Shown one piece after another: positions 34,863-44,380 of a stretch of DNA of 64,000 nt. The position numbers were made by a program, and so were the translations under genes. Below the pieces are notes generated by a model. It was not told the origin of the DNA. It saw only the letters and a program-made list of their open reading frames with translations, and made no database searches. Location: assembly GCA_000004985.1 (NCBI GenBank), contig GG738922.1, one strand, 5' to 3'. The stretch comes from Naegleria gruberi. Its lineage: Eukaryota. Every line of letters begins with the position of its first letter. Position 1 is the stretch's first letter.

Positions 34863-35324
34863 ATGATCAAGAATTACCTTTGCAAATTTCACTTCTTTCT
34901 GTTGGTGTTGCTTCTCCTCCTCCTAGTGCTTCTATTAAGCTTTACCAGCAATGTTTCCTCACATATTGAAAGTAAGCCACTTCCAACCATCCAAATTATT
35001 TCGACTCATTGTACAACTCCATCCGATTGTTTGCATGGTAATCAGCAAGAGGATGAACAATTTATTGATCAGATGAATAATTTGCAAGGCATACTCGATC
35101 GATTGTTAAACTCTGCTTTTGCATTGGTGGAGAAATCAATAATGTTTCTTGAGAATGCCTTTTCCGTATTGATGAATGGAATCACACGAGTTTGCAACTG
35201 GATTTCTGCTGTTGTTTCTTGGATCTTGCAAGTTTTTGGAAATTTGATTAGAATAGTTACTACTCCGTTTGTTTGGTTTGCAACTGGTTTTGAGTTTGAC
35301 ATGGTCTCTCATGAGAACATTTAA
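34863..35324 (+). CDS. hypothetical secreted/membrane protein (signal peptide poly-L)
   Basis: ORF begins MIKNYLCKFHFFLLVLLLLLLVLLLSF. It may be contiguous with the next ORF, which starts 24 nt after its stop. Confidence 0.4.
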   Translation: MIKNYLCKFHFFLLVLLLLLLVLLLSFTSNVSSHIESKPLPTIQIISTHCTTPSDCLHGNQQEDEQFIDQMNNLQGILDRLLNSAFALVEKSIMFLENAFSVLMNGITRVCNWISAVVSWILQVFGNLIRIVTTPFVWFATGFEFDMVSHENI

Positions 35325-35348
35325 CTATAGCCTTGTGCATCTTATGTA

Positions 35349-35924
35349 ATGGAGGTGCTTCTTGTTGGTGCCTTTTTGTTAGTTTACCACTTGGTCACTT
35401 TATTGTATGAATTGTCGTCCATATTGCGAATGTTCTATTGGAATATTAAGAATTTCGTATTCACGCCCTTATTTATCCAGTCCATGCTTGGATTGTGCGT
35501 TGCTCTTGGTGCCATTCTTTCAAGGATAATATTTAATGAAATACTAGCTTACCAGGTGGAGATTGTGCCAGTCAAGAAAGAGTCCAAGGCAGAATCTGAT
35601 GAAACATCATCATCCTGTTCTTCAGTTGAAGAATCATCTGTTTCACCAAACAAACAAGATGAAGCACAGAAAAAGATCAATAATTTGGTTGCAATTGCAA
35701 GAGCTGTTGTTTCTAAAGAGGAAGTTATTCTCTACGAGGATCTACTCCACTATGCATCAAACTGTTGGCCGCAACCAGAGCTTACCTTTGATGAGGCAGT
35801 AAAATTTCTGTCAGATTTTCAAACAAAATCCTCTCCTGAAAACAGCACCAACACGTCCAAAGAAGAAATTGTTTCTAATTTGATTGAAGACTCTCAAACT
35901 CCTGCTTCTATTATTAAATACTAG
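35349..35924 (+). CDS. hypothetical membrane protein with acidic serine-rich tail
   Basis: 191-aa ORF with two N-terminal hydrophobic segments. It is possibly the 3' part of the preceding ORF, separated from it by a frame interruption. Confidence 0.4.
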   Translation: MEVLLVGAFLLVYHLVTLLYELSSILRMFYWNIKNFVFTPLFIQSMLGLCVALGAILSRIIFNEILAYQVEIVPVKKESKAESDETSSSCSSVEESSVSPNKQDEAQKKINNLVAIARAVVSKEEVILYEDLLHYASNCWPQPELTFDEAVKFLSDFQTKSSPENSTNTSKEEIVSNLIEDSQTPASIIKY

Positions 35925-35977
35925 CTCTGTACTCTAAAATATCAATAAGAGTAAAAATCAATTAGTTGATGGTTATC

Positions 35978-36733
35978 TCATTTATGCTTAAATTTTCCAC
36001 CATTATGTTTGCGCTTTAATTTTGATGATTTAAAATCTGAACTTTTCTCCTTGCCAAACCAATAAAATAGAATACAGGGAGAAACAACTAAACAAATTGC
36101 TCTCCATAAATCAAATCCCAAATAAGCCAATATTTCTCCAATTAAACTACATACAAAGACAGCACCTTTCCAACTGTTAAAACTGAATAGGCATAATCCA
36201 TTAATGAACTTAACCAATTTGAACTTGAATAGATAGTCCTTTACAATTGTAACTCTAGAAGCTACAAATTTAGATACAGTTATCATCAATGGAGGACTTT
36301 TCATAACATCTATACAATTCTCTTCTGGAAGCATTCCACAATCAGCATGTTCAAAACTTTTATCACACTTTTCTCTCTTAAGCAACTCACAAACATTTCT
36401 ACAAAGAAAAAATAAAGAAATTAATATTTGTTGATGTTCTGGGTTACATGGTGCACACAAAAGCTTTGGCACAATTGACATGCACAAATCTGAAGGCTTG
36501 GAATTACTAGTATGGTTCAGTTTCTTCCCGATATCATGGTCCTCAGTTGGAGAGCAGCATGAATTGTCTTGGAAATCTGGACAAGCTTTACATTCAGGAC
36601 ACGGAGCTGGATATTGCTGTTGGCGAACACAAATCGGTTGTTTAACAGTTGTAGCTGTTGTGTCATCAGCTTGGTAATAGCCAATAACTGCCAACACAAT
36701 GTAAACTGTGGTGAAGATTAAAAATTTGTTCAT
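35978..36733 (-). CDS. cysteine-rich secreted/membrane protein (signal peptide, ~14 Cys ectodomain, C-terminal TM)
   Basis: The ORF is open from 36868 and the likely start is ATG 36733 (MNKFLIFTTVYIVLAVIGYYQA signal peptide). The ectodomain has a CPECKACPDFQDNSCC...CAPCNPEH...CRNVCELL...CDKSFEHADCGMLPEENC spacing. The C-terminus is hydrophobic. Confidence 0.55.
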   Translation of the reverse strand: MNKFLIFTTVYIVLAVIGYYQADDTTATTVKQPICVRQQQYPAPCPECKACPDFQDNSCCSPTEDHDIGKKLNHTSNSKPSDLCMSIVPKLLCAPCNPEHQQILISLFFLCRNVCELLKREKCDKSFEHADCGMLPEENCIDVMKSPPLMITVSKFVASRVTIVKDYLFKFKLVKFINGLCLFSFNSWKGAVFVCSLIGEILAYLGFDLWRAICLVVSPCILFYWFGKEKSSDFKSSKLKRKHNGGKFKHK

Positions 36734-36953
36734 TTTTTTGCTAATAATAATTGAAATTCCAATAATTAAATGGTGAAACATTACAATGAATAAACTCCCA
36801 AAACGAAATTCTAATTGACATACATGCATATCTCTACTTAGCAATATCAGGAGATTGAAAACCATCACATACCATCATATTGTGCACATTCCAACTAAGA
36901 ACTATGCAATAAGAATCACTACGATTTCTTGTTATCTCAAGCAACATTAAAAA

Positions 36954-39498
36954 ATGACAAAAGTCACCCCAGAACCAATACTAGAAGAGAAAAAGACAGG
37001 ACTAGAACAATTACTTCAAGAAGAAGAGACCTCAAGTCAAGTAGAAGTAAAGGAAACGAGAGAACGTAATGTCTTTCTCAAATTTATCCTCAGTATTAGA
37101 TTATTCCTAATTGCAATGATTACATTGGTTGTCTTATTGACAGCTATTTCAATTTGGGTTACTGCCTATACAATGAATGAGCAAGCAGCATTAGAACAAG
37201 TTGATGTAATTATTGCTAACATGAATCAAAAGATTTCTTCCTTTGTAAATAGTCAATTACTTCCTGCTAAATATGTTGCAGATTCCATGGTCAATGATTA
37301 CTATAATGGCTATATTGATATGGTAGATACCATTCGACCATACATATTTGAACGAATTAAAACATTTGGTGTTACTGTCGCTAATCTGTGTTTTGGTGAG
37401 GGAGGTAACAATGCACTATTTGCCTACTCTGTTACTGCTGATGGAAATGTTGTCTTTGTAACAAAGAGACAGAATGAAAGATTCATCATGTATAAGGCAA
37501 ATATCACTAATGGTGAATACTACCTTGACAAGGTGACAACCAATATTACCTATACTGTTTCTACTACCGATTACTATTCAGAATCTGTTGCACTAATGAA
37601 GAAATATCCAACTGGAGCTTTTGGAGCACCATACAAAGGTAAGTTGCAACATGCAATGTATTTCTTTAACATGTTTGATAATTACAGTAATTAATGGTCC
37701 TCAATCAACCTATTGGAGTACTCCTGTCTATAACAGGACAGAGCTTCCTGAGAAGAAGAATAGAATTGGTTTTGCCAAGATTAATATTTCTCTGGCTGCA
37801 ATTGCTCAATTTTTGGCCAATGTTAAAGTTCTAGAACGTGGCTTTGTAATCATCTCAGAATATGACAATGATTATGTCATTGGCAGCTCCTTGAAAATCT
37901 CAGGAATTGAAGATAAAAGAATCAAGGCAACTAATATTACCACAAGAAGTGCTGGCTCAGTAATGGCCAAACTGCTAAAATATCAAAAAGATAACCAAAT
38001 CAATAATACTGAAAGTATTGCCACCATTTTAACAAGTGATGATGGTGAACAATTCTTGGTTTCCTCTTCTCCTTACTCTTTTTACAATTTGCAATGGAGA
38101 ATGACCCTTGTGTTTGATGATACTGAAATCAAGAAGGGAATTATTCAAAGTAGTTATGTCATTCTTGGTGTTTCACTAGGTGTTGCTGCATTGGGTATTA
38201 TTGTGAGTGTCATTATTGGTTGGTCTGTCACAAGTCCATTCATCAAACTGCAACAAGATTTCAAAAAGATTGAAATTCTAGATCTTATTTCTATCAAACC
38301 TAGATCATCCATATTCAGTGAGGCTAACTCTATCTATTCCAGTTTAACTGAAACAGTTCGTTGGTTAAGTGAAATTAGAGCTTTCATTCCAGATTCTATT
38401 CTAAACCAATTAGAAATAACAAAACTCATGAAAGAAGGTGAGAAGAAGGAATCTTATGAACCAGGTCTATCATTCAAAGCAAGTAACCATAGTATGCAAA
38501 AGACAAATGGTGAATCAAAGAGTAATTTGTCTCAATCATCAGATGGTCATTCCAAGATTTCAAAACATGATGCTCATGCAGCAAATAACATGTTCAAAAT
38601 AGGTCTTTCCACAAAGGACTGCTCTATCATTTACATGACAGTTCCAAATCTTGATGAAGAAAGCTATGAATATGAATCAGGTTTGCTTTCCAGCTTGATT
38701 TCCAAAGCTCTTACTTCCATCAGTACTATTTGTAAGACCTGCAAAGCTGATTTCCAAATCAAGAGTTATAATGAATTTATCATTGTCTTTACCGATAAGA
38801 ATCCATCTGTAACTGCCTTGGAAACCTCCCTCAAAATTGTAACCCTATTGAATTCATTGAATGAAACAATAGCCAAAGATGGACATCCAAGAATTAAGAT
38901 GTGTGCCTCTATTACTAGTGGCAGTACCATCATGGGTAACGTTGGCAGTAAGCAAATGCGGTACTTTGCAATGGTTGGCCCAGTTGTGAATAGAGCTAAA
39001 GAATTGAATGATTTCTGTAACTTGCTAGATGTTTCAGTGGTGTGTGATCATGTTACAAAACAAAAAGCCAAAGATTCCTTCATATTTAGACCTGTTGAGA
39101 GAACCATTGGAGAGCATCATCACATTCAAACTGTCTATCAACTCGTTAAACGTTCCCAAGTACAAGATGATGAATGGCTCTATGAATTAGAACAGAAGAA
39201 AGCCAATGCCAAATTTGATGAATTCCAAGCTGATTTTAACAAGATTTTCGAGAATGAAACACTCACAGACTCTGATATGGAATTGGTTCTTGCACATCTT
39301 GTTGAATCGAGTCAAAGTTCTCCAAATGATATGGTCATCAAGAGGCTTGAACAATTACTTTCGGAGAGCAAGCTGAAGAGAGAACACCAATTTAAAAATT
39401 ATTACACAACTGTTGGGAAGCAATTTGTGAGTTACATGAGGCCGGGTGAGCCTATCCAATCCATGACCTACCAGAGAGAAGAAGAAGAAGATCTTTAA
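36954..39498 (+). CDS. receptor-like protein: TM, extracellular sensor-like domain, TM, then a degenerate class III nucleotidyl-cyclase homology domain (2 exons)
   Basis: Structure is join(36954..37638,37688..39498) with a GTAAGT donor and a TTACAG acceptor, in frame. A TM helix (IAMITLVVLLTAISIWV) is followed by a ~400-aa extracellular region and a second TM (VILGVSLGVAALGIIVSVIIGW). The cytoplasmic cyclase-like region reads ...IYMTVPNLDE...FQIKSYNEFIIVF...PRIKMCASITSGSTIMGNVGSKQMRYFAMVGPVVNRAKEL. This region is colinear with cyclase homology domain blocks, but the conserved metal-binding Asp residues are replaced. Confidence 0.75.
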
Positions 39499-39607
39499 TC
39501 ATCATCACAATGATGAAAAGTTGAAATATTTTTTGTTGTTTTGATTTTTATTAAATTTTGATTTTTATTAAATTTTGATGTGAGTGTGGGAAACACATTT
39601 ATTGAAT

Positions 39608-40297
39608 TTAGAAAGCAAAGAACAACAAGGCAACCAAAGCAAGAACAAAGAAGGAGACTTTCATTGTGGCACAATTGTTTGCAGTAGTAATGGTAGTACT
39701 ATTAGAGGAAGACGGATTGGTAGATATCTTATTGCATTGAACCTTAACCTTGTAACCATCAACACAGAGTCCATTAGTATCAGGCAATGCCTTTTCACCA
39801 GTGGTACAAGCAGTATCAGTATAAGCCTTAAGGTTTCCACATCCATAGATCTTGAGAGCCCTGAAATCAAAGAAGATAACTTTGCTAGCAACAGAGCTCA
39901 AAGCATCTGGAAGAGTTGGCATTTGAATACATACAGAAGAATCGAGGTTATCACTAACACTGAATACGGCAGAAATCTTAGCACCATCAGATGAAGAACA
40001 AGTAGCATCAGATGGACCATAATAGCTAATCATGGCAGTACCAGTTGGTGCTTCAGCAGGCATAGTCTTTTCAGCACAACTAGGCTTGACGGTCAAGCTA
40101 CCAAGAGAAGAACAAGAAAGATCAGTACAAACTGGATCTAGGAGAGGAATCTTTGTATTAAGGGTAACATTACCAATAACATCACTTGAACAATCAGAGG
40201 TCTTGTAAATCGCAAAGCGTTCATTACCAGAACCTAAGGCCAAAACATATTGGAGGGAGACCAATCCCAAGAAGAGAGCAATGATAACTGATTTCAT
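39608..40297 (-). CDS. secreted Cys/Ser-rich protein with C-terminal hydrophobic (GPI-anchor-like) tail
   Basis: The ORF is open from 40405 and the likely start is ATG 40297 (MKSVIIALFLGLVSLQYVLA signal peptide). The mature part is rich in C, S and T. The C-terminus MKVSFFVLALVALLFFAF is typical of a GPI-attachment signal. Confidence 0.55.
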   Translation of the reverse strand: MKSVIIALFLGLVSLQYVLALGSGNERFAIYKTSDCSSDVIGNVTLNTKIPLLDPVCTDLSCSSLGSLTVKPSCAEKTMPAEAPTGTAMISYYGPSDATCSSSDGAKISAVFSVSDNLDSSVCIQMPTLPDALSSVASKVIFFDFRALKIYGCGNLKAYTDTACTTGEKALPDTNGLCVDGYKVKVQCNKISTNPSSSNSTTITTANNCATMKVSFFVLALVALLFFAF

Positions 40298-40584
40298 TGT
40301 TGTGTTAGTTTTGTTTTTGCTTGGCTTTTTTACGATCTTCAAGAAAAAGCAGCTGATGAATTCCGGTTTCGCCAACAGGCATTGACTACAAAAGCGAAAT
40401 AGCATTCTCCAACGTAGTTACCGTATAGTTGAGTATACCATCAGTTATTCCCATCACAAATAACATCTAAAAGAACATAATGTTTTTCTAAAAAGCTTGT
40501 CTTGGATAATTACTGGCTATTCAAGTAATGTGTTTTAAGATAGATGATGATTTGATTTGTCTTTCACATTTTGATAAGATGCAT

Positions 40585-40702
40585 GGCTACGGCCATATCA
40601 CGATGAATGCACCTCATCCCGTCCGATTTGAGAAGTTAAGCATCGTCGAGCCACATCAGTACTGAGGTTGGAGACAACTTGGGAACCTGTGGTGCTGTAG
40701 TC
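40585..40702 (+). rRNA. 5S ribosomal RNA
   Basis: GGCTACGGCCATATCACGATGAATGCACCTCATCCCGTCCGATTTGAGAAGTTAAGCATCG...TACTGAGGTTGGAGACAACTTGGGAACCTGTGGTGCTGTAGTC has the ACGGCCATA start and a helix I closing 5'GGCUACGG/3'CUGUAGUC. The ...CTGGTTGGAGACAAC...GGTGCTGTA segment is near-identical to Dictyostelium 5S rRNA. A T-run follows immediately. Confidence 0.85.
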
Positions 40703-40709
40703 TTTTTTC
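40703..40709 (+). terminator. Pol III oligo-T terminator after 5S rRNA
   Basis: TTTTTTC directly follows the 3' end of the 5S gene. Confidence 0.5.
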
Positions 40710-41257
40710 TAAGAGGCAGTTAGGTCATCGGTCATCTGTTACAAATCTTTCATTTCATAAAAGTTAAACATTTTTCAATCGTTGACTTTTCATCAATTTC
40801 ACTCTTGGTTGAATTGTTGCACTCGAACGATTTAATTTCTGTTTAACTGTTTTTACAGTGGCAGCAACTTGAACCTTTTCCTTAACATTGGTTTCGTTTG
40901 GACAATACAAGAAACTTTTTGTTCGAACCTTTTCCCATTCTCATTTCTTCATAGGTTTTGATAATTTCATCACTGAATTGACAATAAGCATCATTTTGAT
41001 TAGATATGTGAAAGAAAATATTACATTTCACAAATCAAAAAACCTATGGAAGAGAATAATCTATAACAGTTTAGGGGAACAACTGCACTAGATTTTTTCT
41101 ATGCGCACGGTAAAATTTCATAATGACGACAAAGTGCGTCCCTAGAAGCACAATCTTTTCACTAATTGTATTCTGGGATAATGATTGAAAAATTATTTCT
41201 TCCATCTATTAAAACAAAAATAAACACTATTAAACTAGCTCAAAAAAAATTGGCAAG

Positions 41258-42992
41258 ATGGATGAAAGTACACCTCTCACATCAAGTAAACTACACACGG
41301 TAAAGAATAATCCAATTGTTACTTCCTTTCTGAAGGCAAAAACTTGGTATCAATCAGAAAGATTGAGAAAGTTGCGAAGATGGGCTGCTTTGATAGTTGG
41401 CTCGGTAATGATGATAGCAGCTGGAACTCAATATGCCTTCTCTTCTATCGGTCCTTCAATTAAACAGTAAGTTTACATGTCATTAATCATTTAACATGTT
41501 GGCATGGCATGCTGTTAGACAATTTCATTTGACTCAATATGAAGTGAATTTAATTGGAACAGCAACAAATATTGGTTCTACCACAGGAATTTTGTTTTCA
41601 TTGATTAATGACTTTATTGGACCAAGAGTTTGTAGCTTGGCAGCTGGAATTGTCTTGTTTGGGTCTTATTTCATCATGTCATTGACAGTTTCAGGTGCCA
41701 TTCCAGAAGCAGGAAATTATATTGCCATGTCTGCATTCATGTTTCTTGTTGGCAACAGCAGTGGTGGTGCTTATATTGGTAAGTTTGAATTTCACTGAAG
41801 ATTACTGACATTTCTCAAGCTTCCTTGACCACAAGTGTAAAGAATTTCCCTGAAAAGGACAGAGGCCTAGTTGTTGGCCTTCTCTCCTCCTTCTTTGGTA
41901 TTAGTAGTGCCATCTTTTCGTTATGTTTCTCAGTCGTTTTCAGACAATCTTTGCCAGTTTACATGTTTTTCTGTGCAATCTTTGGCGGCGTTGCAGTGAT
42001 CATTCTTGGAACAATCTTTCTCGATAATAATTCATCATCTGAAAAGAAGGATACTACTCCAATAGTTGTGAAAGAAGTAGAATCAAATACTGAAACAGTT
42101 TCCATTAATAGTAATCTAGCAGATGAGACAACTGGACTTGTTGTGGAAAAGGAAGAAGGTTTACAAGTTCTATCAGAGGAAGAAATTAAGGAAAAGTTGG
42201 CTCAGGATCAGATTGAGAATATCAATAGCTGGAGAATGTTAATCTCCTTCGATTTTTGGTTGATTTTCATAATAATCTTCTTGTCAATTGGATCAGGAAT
42301 AACAATTGTGAATAATTTGGGATCTATTGTACTTGCCTATGGAGGGTACAATGGGCAACAAACTCCTATCGTAATTACCTTTTCAATTTCTAATTGTCTT
42401 GGAAGATTGGTGTTTGGTTGGTTGAGCGACAAGTTCTTTTCTCCTAAAAAGGGAATTACAAGAATGTTCTTCTTGGCACTCTGTATTATTATCATGTCCA
42501 TTTCCTTATTACTATTTGCATTTGTTCCAATTCCTGGTTTTTATCCATTAATTATCATTATGGGAGTAAGTAATTTTTAAAAGCATTCATTCTAATATTT
42601 TCCAAATAATTAAGCTTTGCTATGGAGGAATTCTCTCAGTGGGTCCAACCTACAATAGTGAAAGATTTGGTCCAAAATACTTTGGATTGAACTCTACTTT
42701 ACAATTAGTCGCAACTAGTCTTGGCTCTTATGCATTCTCCACTGGAATGGCTGGTTCCATCTATCAAATGAATATCATTCCACCAAGGACTAGAACATGT
42801 CATGGCAAAGAATGTTACTTGTTGACGTTTTACATCTTGTCTGGATTGTGTGTTGTTGCCTTGTTGCTATCTCTGGTGTTACATAAGAGAAGTTTGGGTC
42901 TCTATTTCAAAATTGGAAGAAGAAGAAAGTATTTGGCCATGTTGGAGAAGATTAATGTTGAGAAGAGGAAGCAAAAGATGAATCAGGCTTAG
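41258..42992 (+). CDS. major facilitator superfamily transporter, nodulin-like (NFD4-like) family, 4 exons
   Basis: Structure is join(41258..41466,41519..41778,41820..42565,42615..42992). Donors are GTAAGT (three times) and GTAAGT at 42566, all acceptors are AG, phases are consistent, and the total is 1593 nt. The protein reads W..AGTQYAFSSIGPSIKQQFHLTQYEVNLIGTATNIGSTTG...VKNFPEKDRGLVVGLL... with about 12 TM helices and a long acidic central loop. Confidence 0.8.
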
Positions 42993-43061
42993 AAAATAGC
43001 TTAATGGAATGTTCCATGATTTGATGAGCTCAAATTGATTCCAATAAATTATTTGTTCAAA

Positions 43062-43985
43062 TTATTTGTATATTATTATTTGATCTGGATAACAGACTAA
43101 TAGTTCACCACTGAATTGATCTAGACAAATTCCTGAACAATCTTCAACGCAATCCACTTGTTGTACTTTTTCTAATTTTTTTGAATCCAATACTATAATG
43201 CCATCACTACTATATATTATTCTTTGGTTGGCTTCATCCATAATTATTTCATAGGCTTTCCAGCCCATTTCTATTCCATTCAAAAACTTTAAAACATTTC
43301 TTCCCTCCCCAAATAACTTCTCATCAATTTCATAAAGTGATACACTTTTACCTCCAACCACTAAAGTATTTCCAATAATTTCCAAACAAGAAGCATCCTT
43401 AGGTACTGTAAATATTGTATCCTTAATTGTCTCTCCAGTTTTACAATCAAATAAATGGACAGACGAAGAAATGCCATGATTCAATACGGCCATATATCTC
43501 TTTGACTTTCCATTATATACTGCAAATCCATACGGATTAGAAACACAACTTTCCGAAGTCCAAATAGGTTCATCCACAATCAAACCCTCCCTTTCCAGAA
43601 TCAATCCCAATCGAAACTTCTTCGTACAATAACCACCAGACATACTCTGCACAACATACATCTCATCATGCTCATCATCCAATATACAAAATATATTTCC
43701 ATCAAATTCAATACTTTTTCTAAATTCTCTAGTCATTCTATCAAATATATAAATTCGTGTTTCGGAAATTCCGAACACACATTCATACCGATAGGAAATT
43801 ATTACTTCATAAATTGTATCTTTTGTGTTTGTCTTTAAAAATCCAAATTGTTTAAATTCATAAGAAAATGGAATTTTAAAGTTTCGGAATTTTTTCAAGA
43901 GAAATTCATGATGAGTTGAAGTCATTGGTTGGAAATCGGTTAGGAAGAGCTTAACCGGGTTTTCTTGGTCTTGATATTGTTTCAT
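43062..43985 (-). CDS. hypothetical protein (307 aa)
   Basis: Single ATG-initiated ORF of normal composition with no recognisable motif. Confidence 0.6.
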   Translation of the reverse strand: MKQYQDQENPVKLFLTDFQPMTSTHHEFLLKKFRNFKIPFSYEFKQFGFLKTNTKDTIYEVIISYRYECVFGISETRIYIFDRMTREFRKSIEFDGNIFCILDDEHDEMYVVQSMSGGYCTKKFRLGLILEREGLIVDEPIWTSESCVSNPYGFAVYNGKSKRYMAVLNHGISSSVHLFDCKTGETIKDTIFTVPKDASCLEIIGNTLVVGGKSVSLYEIDEKLFGEGRNVLKFLNGIEMGWKAYEIIMDEANQRIIYSSDGIIVLDSKKLEKVQQVDCVEDCSGICLDQFSGELLVCYPDQIIIYK

Positions 43986-44380
43986 TTTTTTTACATTACA
44001 ATTTTAATATAAAAATAAATTGAAATGGTAAGTTAAATATTTTACAAAATTTGTTGTAAAGAGATTTGGCGCCAATTGAAGAGTTTGAGAGTGCAATTTC
44101 GAGTTGTTGATTGTGAGGAAGTTACAAAATTCCACTTGCTAAATTTGGTGAAATAATTCACACTATTACCCTTTGGTGAACATAAAAGTTCCTGAATGTA
44201 TTCGAAATGAGACGAAAGTGCATCATTCAATCGCTTTGTTTACTTCGGTAACAAAATAAAGTATTGTAATTGTTTACCCAAACTTTTTGATAGTACCATT
44301 CTTGAACCTCAAAGTTCCCTTTGGATATTGACAATAAATGTTATTCGATTTTTTAGACGAAATACACATTATTAAAAAAA

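Noticed and set aside
35978-36733. Folate-receptor-family assignment for the Cys-rich protein
   Set aside because: The Cys spacing is only vaguely reminiscent, and I cannot support the family call by eye.
36954-39498. Two separate genes (ORFs 36954..37694 and 37621..39498)
   Set aside because: A GTAAGT donor at 37639 and a TTACAG acceptor at 37687 join them in frame (KG|VINGPQ). The pieces form one receptor-like protein.
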